From a virus (lineage: Duplodnaviria; Heunggongvirae; Uroviricota; Caudoviricetes), in IMG/VR virus record IMGVR_UViG_3300042401_002002: a stretch of 64,000 bases of DNA; one strand, given 5' to 3'. Each line of letters starts with the position of its first letter. Positions within the stretch are counted from its first letter, which is position 1. Of this stretch, positions 10,400 to 20,831 are shown in pieces. The notes beneath the pieces are model-generated. The model was not told where the DNA came from. It saw only the letters and a list, made by a program, of their open reading frames with translations, and did not search any database. Both the position numbers and the translations under genes were made by a program.

Positions 10400-13348
10400 T
10401 TAAGCTTTTGGTAATTTTTCTATTTCTGTATTTCTTGTATTACGTTCAGTGTTATATCTACCTATTTGATTTTTTTCTGTTGTACTAGCGTTATTCATTT
10501 GTTTGTTTACTTCAGGATTGAATGGGTCAAAAGTTTGTCCTTTAGGTCTGAACGTACTATTAGCGTAGAACATGGTAGAAATAGCATTTTGTAGTTGTGC
10601 TATTGGTGTTGCAAGTGATTGACCACCAATTATTTTAACAGCTAAGTTTACCTTTGCTACCATCGGTTGTACACCATGACCGTTAGGATTTAAATCCCAT
10701 AACTGTTCATATTTAATGTCTAAGTTTGTGATAATCAACTTAGTGTGTAAAAAATCACCAAGTCTTAATATAATTACAGGTTGTTTTCCGAATACACTGT
10801 TATTAGGTACATATTGTTTATCATTAGATGATAAAGTTCTACCAGGTCTCATACATTGGTTCAAGAAAGTTAATCTGTTATGAAAATCGTAAGGTGTTTG
10901 GCTATGATATGTTGGAATAAAGGTGTCCATGTAACCAGAACCTAATTTATTAGGTCTAGCAAAATCTATATCTAATAAATCGTTACCACTCTTACCTATT
11001 GTTGATTGAGATTCCCAGTCTTGATATACATTATTTTCTAAAGCATCAGTTGTTTGCGTTGGTTGTGAAATAATTGTTGTTTGGTCAATAACTAAAACTT
11101 GATTATTTAAAGTTGTTGATTGAGCCTGTTTAGTGGGTGTAATATTGTAAACAAAACCTTTACGTGATTTAATTGCATCATCTGTAACAGTATCTTGTGA
11201 TTTACTCAAATTTTCACCATAAGATATAATATTGAAAACTATATTACTATTGTCTGAAGACACAAATTTAAATACCGTACCACTAGTAAATTGTGTAAAA
11301 GTATCACCTGATGTGATTTCGATTCTGTTACCTTTTGAATCTTTTTTATAAGTAAATGTTTCATCAACAAAATTATCAGGAGTTTTTAGTGAACCTTGAT
11401 AACACGCTTTCATTAAAGCGTAAGCTCTTCTAAAACCTAATTTAGCATTGTAATTTTCTTTATATCTAGCTGAACAATATCCGTGTATAGTAATTTCATG
11501 GTCATTACCTTTTGGTGAATTAATTAATTGTTTTACTATGTTTACTTTATTATTATATTCATCATTGTAACCTTTAGGGTTATAACCAATATCAATAGTA
11601 TTACTATCATTATCATAATAAACTGTTAGGTTATACATGGGTTCAACTAAATCACTATTACCTTCAACATCTAATCTTTTAATACTTTGTATTTTAGTTA
11701 CTTGTTTGTTTGTGTTATTTTTAGGTTTAACTTCATCTTCGCAACTTTTGTATATTTTATTTATAATATTCGGGTCAGAATAATCCATTTGGTCCAATTT
11801 ATAATCACTTAAGGGGTAATCCATTATTAACATAAAAGATAAAGTACCACTTCTTTCAGCACCATTATAACTATAAACAGGTTCTGGTCTACCTACAAAT
11901 TTATGAGATTCCCAGTTAGCTGCTGTTTGTTCACTGAATTCAATACCGTAAGGAGCAAACCACATTAAACGACCACCAAAATAACCTTGTTCTGATTTTG
12001 GTAAGTCTGCATAACTACCTGTATCAAAAGCTAGATTTTCCATAGAAAACATATATCTAGACTTATCTTCTTCGGGTTTACCTAATTTAGGGTGAATGTT
12101 AGGTCTAACAGTATCTCTCATAACACTGTTTTGTACACCATTACCACCATTAAATTGGTTAAATGTTAATAATTGATTAGGTAAATCGGAACCATATTGG
12201 TCATGTCCACTACCTGTACCAAAAGTATTGGTCCAACTTCTACACTTACCTCTACCTCTATAAGTAACAACATCCGGATTTCCATTTGTACCTTTAGCTT
12301 CTATATATTCAATGTTATCACCAGCCAAATGTTTTCCATTTTGTGTTTCTAATATTTTTTTAGTAAAATATAAAATACCTCTTTTAGCACCTGTATCTGG
12401 TGCATCTTTAATGTTAAAAACACCTTCTAAATTTTCAACCCTACCATTAACAACTTTTTGTGTAGAACCAAAACCAAAATCTTGTTCTATTTTTCTATCA
12501 TTTTCAGGTTTAGTACCATTGTATGCTAAGAATGCATCATATTCAGTTTGTGTTTGACCATTTACTGATGGTGTATAAAACTCATATCCTATACCTAAAC
12601 TATTAATAGTTTTTTCTAGATAACTTCTTTGTGCGTCTGTATCTGTACCCAAATATTGGAAATAATCACCACTAACTAAATTATTTAATAAAGCTTTGTT
12701 GGTTGCTCTATCAACTGAACCATTTCTTCTAGGACCATAAAAGTTTTGATTACTTAAATTAACAATATGGTCTTTAGTAAAATCACCTAAAATGTTATAG
12801 TTGAAATCCATAATATTTTTAACATTAAAGGTATCAGTATAAGAACCAATCATGTTACCACCATATATTTTTTCAAACATACTTTTACTGTAACCGTGGT
12901 CAATACCTCCAACAACTAAACTTGTTAAATTATTGATACTAATTATTTCTTTATTTTGTGCATCTTTAGAAGTAATGGCTAAACTTCTGAATCTATAAGC
13001 CTTGCCAGTAAAAAAATCTTTTGCTTTACTCAATAAATTACCACCTTGATTCATGTTAAACACAGGCATTTGGTTTTGAACAACCTTTTGTGCTGTATTT
13101 AATGTCAAGAATTTTAATTGTTGTATTTGTGCATTTTGTACGATTGGTGAGTCTTGTATTAATGAACCTTCAACATAATTTGTTATAAAACTATTTCTTA
13201 AGTCAAAATTACTATATTGATTAACAGCATTTAAAGCTTGTGTAACAGAATTATTATTAATATCGTAAGTATTTGTTGGTGTATAATAGTTACGTGCCTG
13301 TAACGCATCTTTTATAGCTTGACTTCTTGTTTTAACTCCGGTAGCCAT
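10400..13348 (-). CDS. baseplate/tube-initiator-like structural protein with inserted OmpA-like domain
   Basis: FSE..A.WE...F.GRPEP.Y.Y....R and P.I.LRLGD....K.II..L.I.YE motifs flank an OmpA_C-like segment (IHGYCSARYKENYNAKLGFRRA...SYGE). Confidence 0.6.
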   Translation of the reverse strand: MATGVKTRSQAIKDALQARNYYTPTNTYDINNNSVTQALNAVNQYSNFDLRNSFITNYVEGSLIQDSPIVQNAQIQQLKFLTLNTAQKVVQNQMPVFNMNQGGNLLSKAKDFFTGKAYRFRSLAITSKDAQNKEIISINNLTSLVVGGIDHGYSKSMFEKIYGGNMIGSYTDTFNVKNIMDFNYNILGDFTKDHIVNLSNQNFYGPRRNGSVDRATNKALLNNLVSGDYFQYLGTDTDAQRSYLEKTINSLGIGYEFYTPSVNGQTQTEYDAFLAYNGTKPENDRKIEQDFGFGSTQKVVNGRVENLEGVFNIKDAPDTGAKRGILYFTKKILETQNGKHLAGDNIEYIEAKGTNGNPDVVTYRGRGKCRSWTNTFGTGSGHDQYGSDLPNQLLTFNQFNGGNGVQNSVMRDTVRPNIHPKLGKPEEDKSRYMFSMENLAFDTGSYADLPKSEQGYFGGRLMWFAPYGIEFSEQTAANWESHKFVGRPEPVYSYNGAERSGTLSFMLIMDYPLSDYKLDQMDYSDPNIINKIYKSCEDEVKPKNNTNKQVTKIQSIKRLDVEGNSDLVEPMYNLTVYYDNDSNTIDIGYNPKGYNDEYNNKVNIVKQLINSPKGNDHEITIHGYCSARYKENYNAKLGFRRAYALMKACYQGSLKTPDNFVDETFTYKKDSKGNRIEITSGDTFTQFTSGTVFKFVSSDNSNIVFNIISYGENLSKSQDTVTDDAIKSRKGFVYNITPTKQAQSTTLNNQVLVIDQTTIISQPTQTTDALENNVYQDWESQSTIGKSGNDLLDIDFARPNKLGSGYMDTFIPTYHSQTPYDFHNRLTFLNQCMRPGRTLSSNDKQYVPNNSVFGKQPVIILRLGDFLHTKLIITNLDIKYEQLWDLNPNGHGVQPMVAKVNLAVKIIGGQSLATPIAQLQNAISTMFYANSTFRPKGQTFDPFNPEVNKQMNNASTTEKNQIGRYNTERNTRNTEIEKLPKA

Positions 13349-13403
13349 GTGTTTTTAATAAATAGAGCCTTATACAAATTAAACTATTTATTAATAAAAT
13401 ATT

Positions 13404-13694
13404 ATGTTGAATCAGGATAATGTACCTATAATATTAAAATTCTATAATAAACAAGGTTTTGTTTTTGAACATATATTTGAAAATAAAGCAGTTGGTTTTA
13501 ATTATTTTATTTTAAAAGATTTGATTATTAGAAAATACTCAAACCAAACTTATTTTATTGATATAATATGTGATGATAAAATAAAAAGTAAATTACAAAG
13601 AATTATTAAAAACTTTATTAATGATAATACCTTGCTTGGAACTTCTAAAAAATTAAACAATAAATTATATGCCAATTTTGAAGACTTTAATTAA
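13404..13694 (+). CDS. hypothetical protein
   Basis: 96 aa ORF after CTATTTA motif. Confidence 0.5.
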   Translation: MLNQDNVPIILKFYNKQGFVFEHIFENKAVGFNYFILKDLIIRKYSNQTYFIDIICDDKIKSKLQRIIKNFINDNTLLGTSKKLNNKLYANFEDFN

Positions 13695-14187
13695 ACATAA
13701 AATAAATGAAATATCAGATAAAATAAACACTGATGAAACTACATTTACAAATATACGTTTATCCGCAGCTTATTCAAATGGACAATTTTCAACTAAATCA
13801 GGTATAAACTACAGTGTTGATATTTTCTTTTCATCTAAATCAATAAATCCTGAAATATATAACATAATAGATAACGATATTTTAAATAAAATATTTTCTA
13901 TTACAAAAGTATTACCAACTGTAGAATTTAGAGCTAATGGTTCACACGAAGCAACTAATGGTTTTGAACAATTTGAAGTTGCTGCTAATGTTTTTGGATT
14001 TTTAAAAATTTATACTAACAGATTCAAACCCGATATTATTAACTTCTATACTAATGATACTAGAAGAGCTAATTTTTATATGCTTATTTTACGTAAACAT
14101 TTTGATGATTATTTTGTGTTAGAAACAGGTACTAATAGTTATTTTATAATCAAAAATAAATTTAAAAATTTGTTTTATAAGAAATAA
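13669..14187 (+). CDS. hypothetical phage protein
   Basis: 172 aa ORF. Confidence 0.55.
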   Translation: MPILKTLIKHKINEISDKINTDETTFTNIRLSAAYSNGQFSTKSGINYSVDIFFSSKSINPEIYNIIDNDILNKIFSITKVLPTVEFRANGSHEATNGFEQFEVAANVFGFLKIYTNRFKPDIINFYTNDTRRANFYMLILRKHFDDYFVLETGTNSYFIIKNKFKNLFYKK

Positions 14188-14225
14188 ATTAGTAAGTTTG
14201 TTGTTGTAAATATAAACACACTAAT

Positions 14226-14543
14226 ATGCTTTTAGATTTAGAAAAAGAACAACAATTAGCTTTCAATAGATTAAAGAAAGCTTACGCTGATTGTAAAAAA
14301 TTAAAAGTTGAATTGGTTAATCAGTATGGTACATTACATGCATATAACGGTAAGTTAATTGTAGATTTTGGGGATGATGAAATAAAACCTAGAGGTCATT
14401 CAGTTTATTATACTGATGTTATTGATAAGTTTATCGGTAATAATAATATTATATCCAATATTGACCCAGGTAGAGCTGATGATGAGGATTTGTGGATGTT
14501 TGGTTTATCTGATAAAGGTTTAGAAATTTACGAAAATGAATAA
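14226..14543 (+). CDS. hypothetical protein
   Basis: 105 aa ORF preceded by TAAGTTTG. Confidence 0.55.
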   Translation: MLLDLEKEQQLAFNRLKKAYADCKKLKVELVNQYGTLHAYNGKLIVDFGDDEIKPRGHSVYYTDVIDKFIGNNNIISNIDPGRADDEDLWMFGLSDKGLEIYENE

Positions 14544-14892
14544 AACAAAAGTAATAATCGCTGGTACAAGAACGTTTGATAATTATCAACTTCTTAAAAC
14601 CAAATGTAATGAAATATTAAAAGATTTCAATAACATAGAAATAGTTTCCGGAACTGCTAAAGGTGGTGATATTTTAGGTGAGCAATACGCAAAAGAAATG
14701 GGTTTTGATTTAAAATTATTTAAACCTGATTGGAGTGGGTTAGGCAGAAAAGCTGGTCCTCTTAGAAATATTGAAATGGGTGATTACGCTGATGTTTTGA
14801 TTGCTTTCTGGGATAATATTTCAGGTGGGACAAAACACATGATTACTTACGCACAAAGTAAAGGTTTAAAAGTTCATGTTATAAATTATTAA
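14536..14892 (+). CDS. SLOG family protein (DUF2493/YspA-like)
   Basis: VIIAGTRTF, IVSGTAKGGD..GE, AGPLRN..M, AFWD..S.GT.HMI motifs. Confidence 0.85.
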   Translation: MNKTKVIIAGTRTFDNYQLLKTKCNEILKDFNNIEIVSGTAKGGDILGEQYAKEMGFDLKLFKPDWSGLGRKAGPLRNIEMGDYADVLIAFWDNISGGTKHMITYAQSKGLKVHVINY

Positions 14893-14896
14893 AATT

Positions 14897-15046
14897 ATGC
14901 GAAATATTTTAAAACGTCTGTTTGTTAAGTTACCTTTAATTATCTTGTTTTTTGTAGCATGTGCAACTGGAATATTACCTATTTTATATTGGGTTTTAAC
15001 GGGTGGTAACTGTATTGAGTTGCTGGATTATGTTGATAACATTTAA
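14897..15046 (+). CDS. small membrane protein
   Basis: 49 aa hand-translated, MRNILKRLFVKLPLIILFFVACATGILPILYWVLTGG... Confidence 0.45.
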   Translation: MRNILKRLFVKLPLIILFFVACATGILPILYWVLTGGNCIELLDYVDNI

Positions 15047-15051
15047 AAACA

Positions 15052-15085
15052 AAAAACCTCTCCTAATTTCTTAAGAGAGGTTTTT
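15052..15085. terminator. conserved terminator hairpin
   Basis: Between convergent genes. Confidence 0.7.
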
Positions 15086-15088
15086 CTT

Positions 15089-18000
15089 TTATAACTTATT
15101 ATTGTTGTTTAAAAACTCATTTAGTAATTGAACTGTTTCATTTGAATTTTGACTTAAACTTGTTTTGTCTTCAACTTCTTTAAGTAACTGAACCAATTCG
15201 TTATTTGTTTTATTTGCTCTATACAAATATTTTTCTTTTAACTGAAATGGTTCTTGTTCACCTTGTGGTGCAGCTCCACCTGCTGGGTTATTACCTGCAT
15301 CCATTGGTCCACCCATAGCATCGGCTCCTGGTTCAGCAGGTTGTTCACCGTTAACTTGTGCTGGGTCTAATGATGAAGTAATAATACCTCTTTTAATGTA
15401 TTCCTCTAAATCATTGAAAATACCTGATTTTTTAAGAATTAAACCAGCATTTTTAATTTCATCACCAACAACATTTTCAATCATTTGTTGTTTAATATCA
15501 TCAAGTATTTCATCAGCTGATAAACCAAAAATAAGTTTTTTAGCATTTGTTTCTGACATAGGTTTTAAACCTGTTTCATTTGATGTCGTTAATTTAACAT
15601 ATAAATCAACTTTTTGTGTAAATGCTTCAATTTTAAGTATTTCTGATTGTGTAGATGGGTTATTTAAAGTTAATTTATAATCTCTAATATCATCATCACT
15701 GTAACCTAATAAGAATAAATGTATTAATGCAATTTTGTTTAATTCTTGAATCATTGCATTTTGTATTCTCATTACTTTTCTAGAAAATACAATATCTGTT
15801 TGAGCATTATTGTCACCACCACCTTCTCCAGAACCTGAGAAATTAAGTCTGTTTTTAGGTACACCTAAACCTGTAAATAAGTTATCTCTTAAGTATTCAA
15901 TATCTGCAATTTTATCTAAATTATCAGCACCTTCTAAAATATCAATTGGTGAAGGGTCACCAGCGTTTTTAACTGCAACAAATATATCTTCAACACCACT
16001 TGCTGGACTATATTTGTAATTAATTTGTCCTGTTGCAGGGTCAACTATTTGTGATTTTTTAAAATTTGAAATAGTTTGACGCATAAACATTGGGATATCT
16101 GCTGGGTCCATATTACCAGTAGGAACTTTAACTACTTTAACCCTTGCAGCATTAGTTGCTCTATATACTAATTGAGCATCTTCACTCATTTTTAACATTC
16201 TGTAATACATTCTAACAGGTGCCAGTACAGATGTACCATAAGGTAACGTATTTTCATCACCTAATAACCTAAAATGTGCCACTTGGAAGTTAGTATATTC
16301 TTGTCCACCTAATTGCCAAATAAATTTAGTTGTTGGTTTTCCATTTATAATTTTTTCTTGTCTTTCTATTTCAGATGTAGGTAATTGTTTAACATTTACA
16401 ACACCTTTATCTGCTTCAGTCATTACAAATAAAAAATTATCACCAAACTTGCAGTTTGACAAAAATACACCAGAAGTTCTTGAGTATGAACCGTTTATGT
16501 CTTTACCTAGTACTGGAAAATTATGTCTATCATGTTCACCGTTAGGACCAACAGCTTCTAAACAGTAAACATCCGAAGTTTCTTCTAATTTAACAACGGA
16601 AACTACTTTATGGTTTACAACCTTAGTTTTACCTAAAAAAATTGCTTTAGCTCTTATATAATCTTTATCTAATATTAAAGTTGGTTTAATAGATAAAACA
16701 TAATCAAAATAATTTAACTCAGTTTTTCTCTTTAAAACATTTGTTAGTGTTGCATGGTTTATAGATTTAATAATATCTTTTCTTAAAGTATAAGTTTCTT
16801 TAAAAAGATTTATAAATTCAGTATCAATTTTTAATAATTGAGCTAGTTTATTTATACCAACATAATTTTCGTTACTTGCTATAATATTAGTTATATAGTT
16901 TAAACAACTATCAGATATTTCTATTGTCATACCTTTTTTTGTTTTCGCAACAAATTCTTCATTAGACCAATTCTCTAACATTTTTTTTGTACGGATTTCA
17001 TTATGTTCACTGTGTAAATCACTATTATTATATTCATTAAAATATTTTGGATAAATACCTGTCATTTCTTTTGACATTCTTTGTCTACGAGCATCAGATG
17101 TTAGATATTTGTGGATACCTTCTAAACGTTTTTTTGTAATTTCAGGTGAATGTAATACTTGTTTACAAAGGTCTGTGTGTATTTTAAAATGTTCACTGTT
17201 AGTTAATCTTTGTAAATTATGTGGGTGATTATTTAGTTTATTAAAATCAATGTGATGTGTGTCAAAACGTTCATTGACAGTTTTTTCATATTCCAAATCA
17301 CGCACACATTCATGTGCTACCATACGATGAGTAAACTTATATTTACCAGTACTTGGGTTAAATACTTTTTCATAACCACCTATTTGGTCTTGTTTTTTAT
17401 TACTTTTTTTGGTGTAATAAGGCATTAACGATTGACCAGGTGTTAATTCATCAGCTCTTTTAAATGAACCGTTTCTTAACATGTATTCATGGTCTGGTGT
17501 TGTATCTATATATGTACCATCATCTAACGTTACACGATATAATTCACTATTTTTTCTAGTTAAGTCACACCAAACAATTTTACTAGGTACAATAGCGTGT
17601 GTCTTATCCTGAATAGAATAAGACCAGATTTCTTCACCTAATTTAATTCTATCTGATAATTCTTTTATTGTACACTCAGTACCATCTAATAATGGTATCA
17701 TTGAATTCTCTCTAATTGGAGTGTTTCTCACCCAGAAAGGTAGATTAGTATTAATATCTAAAATCTCATAAAATAAGTATTCTAAATCTTCTTTTAGTCT
17801 ATTATTGTTAGAATAAATGTTTAACATTTGACCTCTATCACCTATCGTTGTGGCTTCTTCAGCTAAAACATTTAAAGCTTGAGCTATGATAGGGTATGAT
17901 TCCATCATTTTATATTCAACATAAGCAGGTAATCTTAAAGCATTGGCTTGAACTGCTTGCATATCATTTTGTTGGATGATATGTGAATGTTGTTTATAAA

Positions 18001-18172
18001 GATATTGCGTTTGTTGGTATTCTAATTTTTTATCTTCTAATTCTTCTTTAGAAGATGCTGTAATAAGTTCTTTTTTTTCTATTGGTGTAACAAATTGATT
18101 ATTATCATGTTTATTAACCTTTCCTGTTAATCTATTATAGGCTGATTCCCATAAACTAGTTTTTTCTGCCAT
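15089..18172 (-). CDS. portal protein (T4 gp20-like) with intein
   Basis: P.IAQAL...AEEAT, WVRNT/CKFGDNF, HFRL..D...PYG.SVL, EDA..VYR and DIEYLRD.LF..L.VP motifs; about 605 aa after splicing. Confidence 0.88.
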   Translation of the reverse strand: MAEKTSLWESAYNRLTGKVNKHDNNQFVTPIEKKELITASSKEELEDKKLEYQQTQYLYKQHSHIIQQNDMQAVQANALRLPAYVEYKMMESYPIIAQALNVLAEEATTIGDRGQMLNIYSNNNRLKEDLEYLFYEILDINTNLPFWVRNTPIRENSMIPLLDGTECTIKELSDRIKLGEEIWSYSIQDKTHAIVPSKIVWCDLTRKNSELYRVTLDDGTYIDTTPDHEYMLRNGSFKRADELTPGQSLMPYYTKKSNKKQDQIGGYEKVFNPSTGKYKFTHRMVAHECVRDLEYEKTVNERFDTHHIDFNKLNNHPHNLQRLTNSEHFKIHTDLCKQVLHSPEITKKRLEGIHKYLTSDARRQRMSKEMTGIYPKYFNEYNNSDLHSEHNEIRTKKMLENWSNEEFVAKTKKGMTIEISDSCLNYITNIIASNENYVGINKLAQLLKIDTEFINLFKETYTLRKDIIKSINHATLTNVLKRKTELNYFDYVLSIKPTLILDKDYIRAKAIFLGKTKVVNHKVVSVVKLEETSDVYCLEAVGPNGEHDRHNFPVLGKDINGSYSRTSGVFLSNCKFGDNFLFVMTEADKGVVNVKQLPTSEIERQEKIINGKPTTKFIWQLGGQEYTNFQVAHFRLLGDENTLPYGTSVLAPVRMYYRMLKMSEDAQLVYRATNAARVKVVKVPTGNMDPADIPMFMRQTISNFKKSQIVDPATGQINYKYSPASGVEDIFVAVKNAGDPSPIDILEGADNLDKIADIEYLRDNLFTGLGVPKNRLNFSGSGEGGGDNNAQTDIVFSRKVMRIQNAMIQELNKIALIHLFLLGYSDDDIRDYKLTLNNPSTQSEILKIEAFTQKVDLYVKLTTSNETGLKPMSETNAKKLIFGLSADEILDDIKQQMIENVVGDEIKNAGLILKKSGIFNDLEEYIKRGIITSSLDPAQVNGEQPAEPGADAMGGPMDAGNNPAGGAAPQGEQEPFQLKEKYLYRANKTNNELVQLLKEVEDKTSLSQNSNETVQLLNEFLNNNNKL
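16454..17719 (-). mobile_element. 422 aa intein with HNH homing endonuclease, atypical Pro1
   Basis: Block A PIRENSMIPLLDG, block B TTPDH, HNH DTHHIDFNKLNN, block F DVYCLEA, terminal LSN followed by Cys+1. Confidence 0.85.
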
Positions 18173-18234
18173 TTTATTGATATTGTTATATTTAATTAAG
18201 TTTAAAACTTAATAGTTAGTTTGTTGATTCCTAT

Positions 18235-18606
18235 TTAGAATACTATTTCAATTTTGTTTGATTCTGTGTAAAAATCATCGGTATAGGTAAATGTGATTGT
18301 TAATAAAACCTGGTTTTCATTAATACTGTCAAAAATAATACTGTCTATATTTATTTTTGGCATATATTTTTTAACAACCAACTTAATATCATCAATTATG
18401 TCTGATTGTGTAATTTCGTCAGATTGTTCAAATAAAAAACGTCTTAAGTCAGTACCATAATCACGTTGAAAATAACGAGTACCTTTTTCTGTTATTAATA
18501 ACAACATAAGATTGCTTTTAATACCATCCATTGTTGTTTCATTTCTTTGCATTAAAAAATTCTTTTTAACATCATCTGTTATTGGAAACTTTATATTGAT
18601 AAACAT
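18235..18606 (-). CDS. baseplate wedge subunit, gp25-like
   Basis: IKSNL.LLL.T.KG.R.F..DYGT.L..FLFE signature. Confidence 0.88.
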   Translation of the reverse strand: MFINIKFPITDDVKKNFLMQRNETTMDGIKSNLMLLLITEKGTRYFQRDYGTDLRRFLFEQSDEITQSDIIDDIKLVVKKYMPKINIDSIIFDSINENQVLLTITFTYTDDFYTESNKIEIVF

Positions 18607-18641
18607 ATTAGGTTTAGCTATTTATTATAAATAGTTTTAAG

Positions 18642-20747
18642 ATGACAAATTTTATAAAAAAAACTAATATTTCTTTAGATTCTATACTTACTAAATTAAT
18701 TAATGAAGAACTTGAATCTACGATTGACGAAGCTACATATCCAGAAAACTTTGATTTAGAAAAATTCAAACAACTTAGAAGTTTTAAAGATAGAGTTAAT
18801 TATTGTAACTCAACATTAAAAAAATTAGGTTCCGGTAGTTCTAGGATAGTTTATTTGGTTGATGATAAAACAGTATTAAAATTAGCTAAAAACCAAAAAG
18901 GTATTGCTCAGAATGAAGTTGAAATAGGTGCTTCAACTGATTATTATAGTGATATTACAGCAGAAGTTTATGAATCAGATGAAAATGGGTTATGGCTTGA
19001 AATGGAATTAGCTAAACCAATTAACAAAGCAAGATTTCAACAAATATTAGGTTATACTGTTGAAGATTTTGGTAAGTGGATAACTAACTTCTGGAATAGT
19101 AATAACAGAAAGAAACCTTATTATAATTTAGATAAACAACTTGAAGAAACTATTAATGAATCTGAATTTGCTAATAAAGTTTTTTCTTTTATACAAGATT
19201 ACGGTTTGTCAACTGGTGATTTAGGTAGAATATCAACTTACGGTGAGTTTGATGGTGAAGTTAAAATCATTGATTATGGTTTGAATGATGATGTTTTAAA
19301 TTCTTACTATAGAAAATTAAGTGAAGAACTAGAATCTACTGAAAATAACCAAACTGTGTTAAATGAAGTTGAACCATCTGAAGTTCCAACAAAAACAATT
19401 AAATACACTGACCATCTAAATGATAAAATTTGGGATAATAGTACCAAAAAACTTAAACCTATTGTTAGATACAAGTTATTAGAAATAACCAAAAAATATC
19501 TTGAAACTTTAAAAGATTTAGATATTAAATTTAAAGATATTATTTTAACAGGTAGTGCAGCAAATTATAACTATAATGACCAATCTGATTTAGATGTACA
19601 TGTTGTAGTTGATTACAATAAAATCAATCAAGATAAAGATTTGTTGTTAAATTATTTTAAAGGTGTTAAAGATAATTGGTCTAATCAATATAAAATAACT
19701 ATCTATGGTATTCCGGTTGAAATGTTTATTCAAGATGAAGATAGTAAAGAAATTAGTTCAGCTAGTAGATACAGTTTGTTAAATGATAAATGGGTTATTG
19801 AACCGCAATATGAAAAACCTAAATATAATATTGAAGAAATTAAAAAAATAGCAGCTAATTTCTTGACCAGATTTGATGATATTAAAAGAGAATATAAGGT
19901 TAATAAAAAAGATGTTCAAAAACCAATCAATGATATTGAACAAATGAAAACTGATATGTCTGATTTAAGAAAGAAAGGTCTTGATTCAGAACTTGGTGAG
20001 TTTTCAAATGAAAACCTTGGTTACAAACTTTTAAGAAATTTATTGTTTTTTGATAAAGTTAATAAATTTAAAGAAGAACTGGTACACAAAGAGTTGAGTT
20101 TGAAAGAAAACCGTGTAGTTATAAACAAGAGTAAAAAACAAGGTAGGTTAATGACTGAAACAACGGTACAAGGTAAAACTATTATAAATGTTGATATTCA
20201 ACCTGAATATGAAAATTATATATCATTTGATTTGGATAAATGGGTTAATTTCTTGAATGAAAATGGGAGTAATAATCGAATAGTTTTTTTATATAACGGT
20301 GCTGATACATTAGGTATGATTAGTGAAGGTTCTTATCAAAATTGGTTGATGGAATTAGGTGTTGATGAAGATGTTGTTTATAATGGTACTTTTTATGATA
20401 AAGGTTACGCTTTTTTTAGATATTGTATGGATAGTTCAATAGATGAAGATAATATTGTTGATTTAGTTAAATATATGTTAAAACATAATATAAATGATAG
20501 TCATGATATTGATAAAGAAATGTGGGATAACTATATGGAAGAAACGGGGCATAATCAACAAGACGTTAGAGATTTATTGGAACCTGCTGATGATATGATT
20601 AATATACCTGATTTGATGGATTTTCTTAAAAATTACTCAAATATTGTTTTAACTGGTGGTGGTATTAATGAATGTTTAAAAGAGGTTGAAATAGCTTTGT
20701 TGGCTTTGGATAAAACATTTAACACATTATCAGAGTTCGTTTATTAA
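18642..20747 (+). CDS. multidomain protein: kinase-like, nucleotidyltransferase and isochorismatase-like domains
   Basis: LGSGSSRIVY..VLKLA..IIDYG; LTGSAANYNY...SDLDVH; IINVDIQPEY...LTGGGINECL. Confidence 0.65.
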   Translation: MTNFIKKTNISLDSILTKLINEELESTIDEATYPENFDLEKFKQLRSFKDRVNYCNSTLKKLGSGSSRIVYLVDDKTVLKLAKNQKGIAQNEVEIGASTDYYSDITAEVYESDENGLWLEMELAKPINKARFQQILGYTVEDFGKWITNFWNSNNRKKPYYNLDKQLEETINESEFANKVFSFIQDYGLSTGDLGRISTYGEFDGEVKIIDYGLNDDVLNSYYRKLSEELESTENNQTVLNEVEPSEVPTKTIKYTDHLNDKIWDNSTKKLKPIVRYKLLEITKKYLETLKDLDIKFKDIILTGSAANYNYNDQSDLDVHVVVDYNKINQDKDLLLNYFKGVKDNWSNQYKITIYGIPVEMFIQDEDSKEISSASRYSLLNDKWVIEPQYEKPKYNIEEIKKIAANFLTRFDDIKREYKVNKKDVQKPINDIEQMKTDMSDLRKKGLDSELGEFSNENLGYKLLRNLLFFDKVNKFKEELVHKELSLKENRVVINKSKKQGRLMTETTVQGKTIINVDIQPEYENYISFDLDKWVNFLNENGSNNRIVFLYNGADTLGMISEGSYQNWLMELGVDEDVVYNGTFYDKGYAFFRYCMDSSIDEDNIVDLVKYMLKHNINDSHDIDKEMWDNYMEETGHNQQDVRDLLEPADDMINIPDLMDFLKNYSNIVLTGGGINECLKEVEIALLALDKTFNTLSEFVY

Positions 20748-20797
20748 AATTATAACTCGCCAAATCTATAGTATTTTTACCACATTTGGCGAAATAT

Positions 20798-20831
20798 AAA
20801 AACCTCTCTTATTAATTTAGGGGAGGTTTTT
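20798..20831. terminator. conserved terminator hairpin
   Basis: Between 18642..20747 and array 2. Confidence 0.7.
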
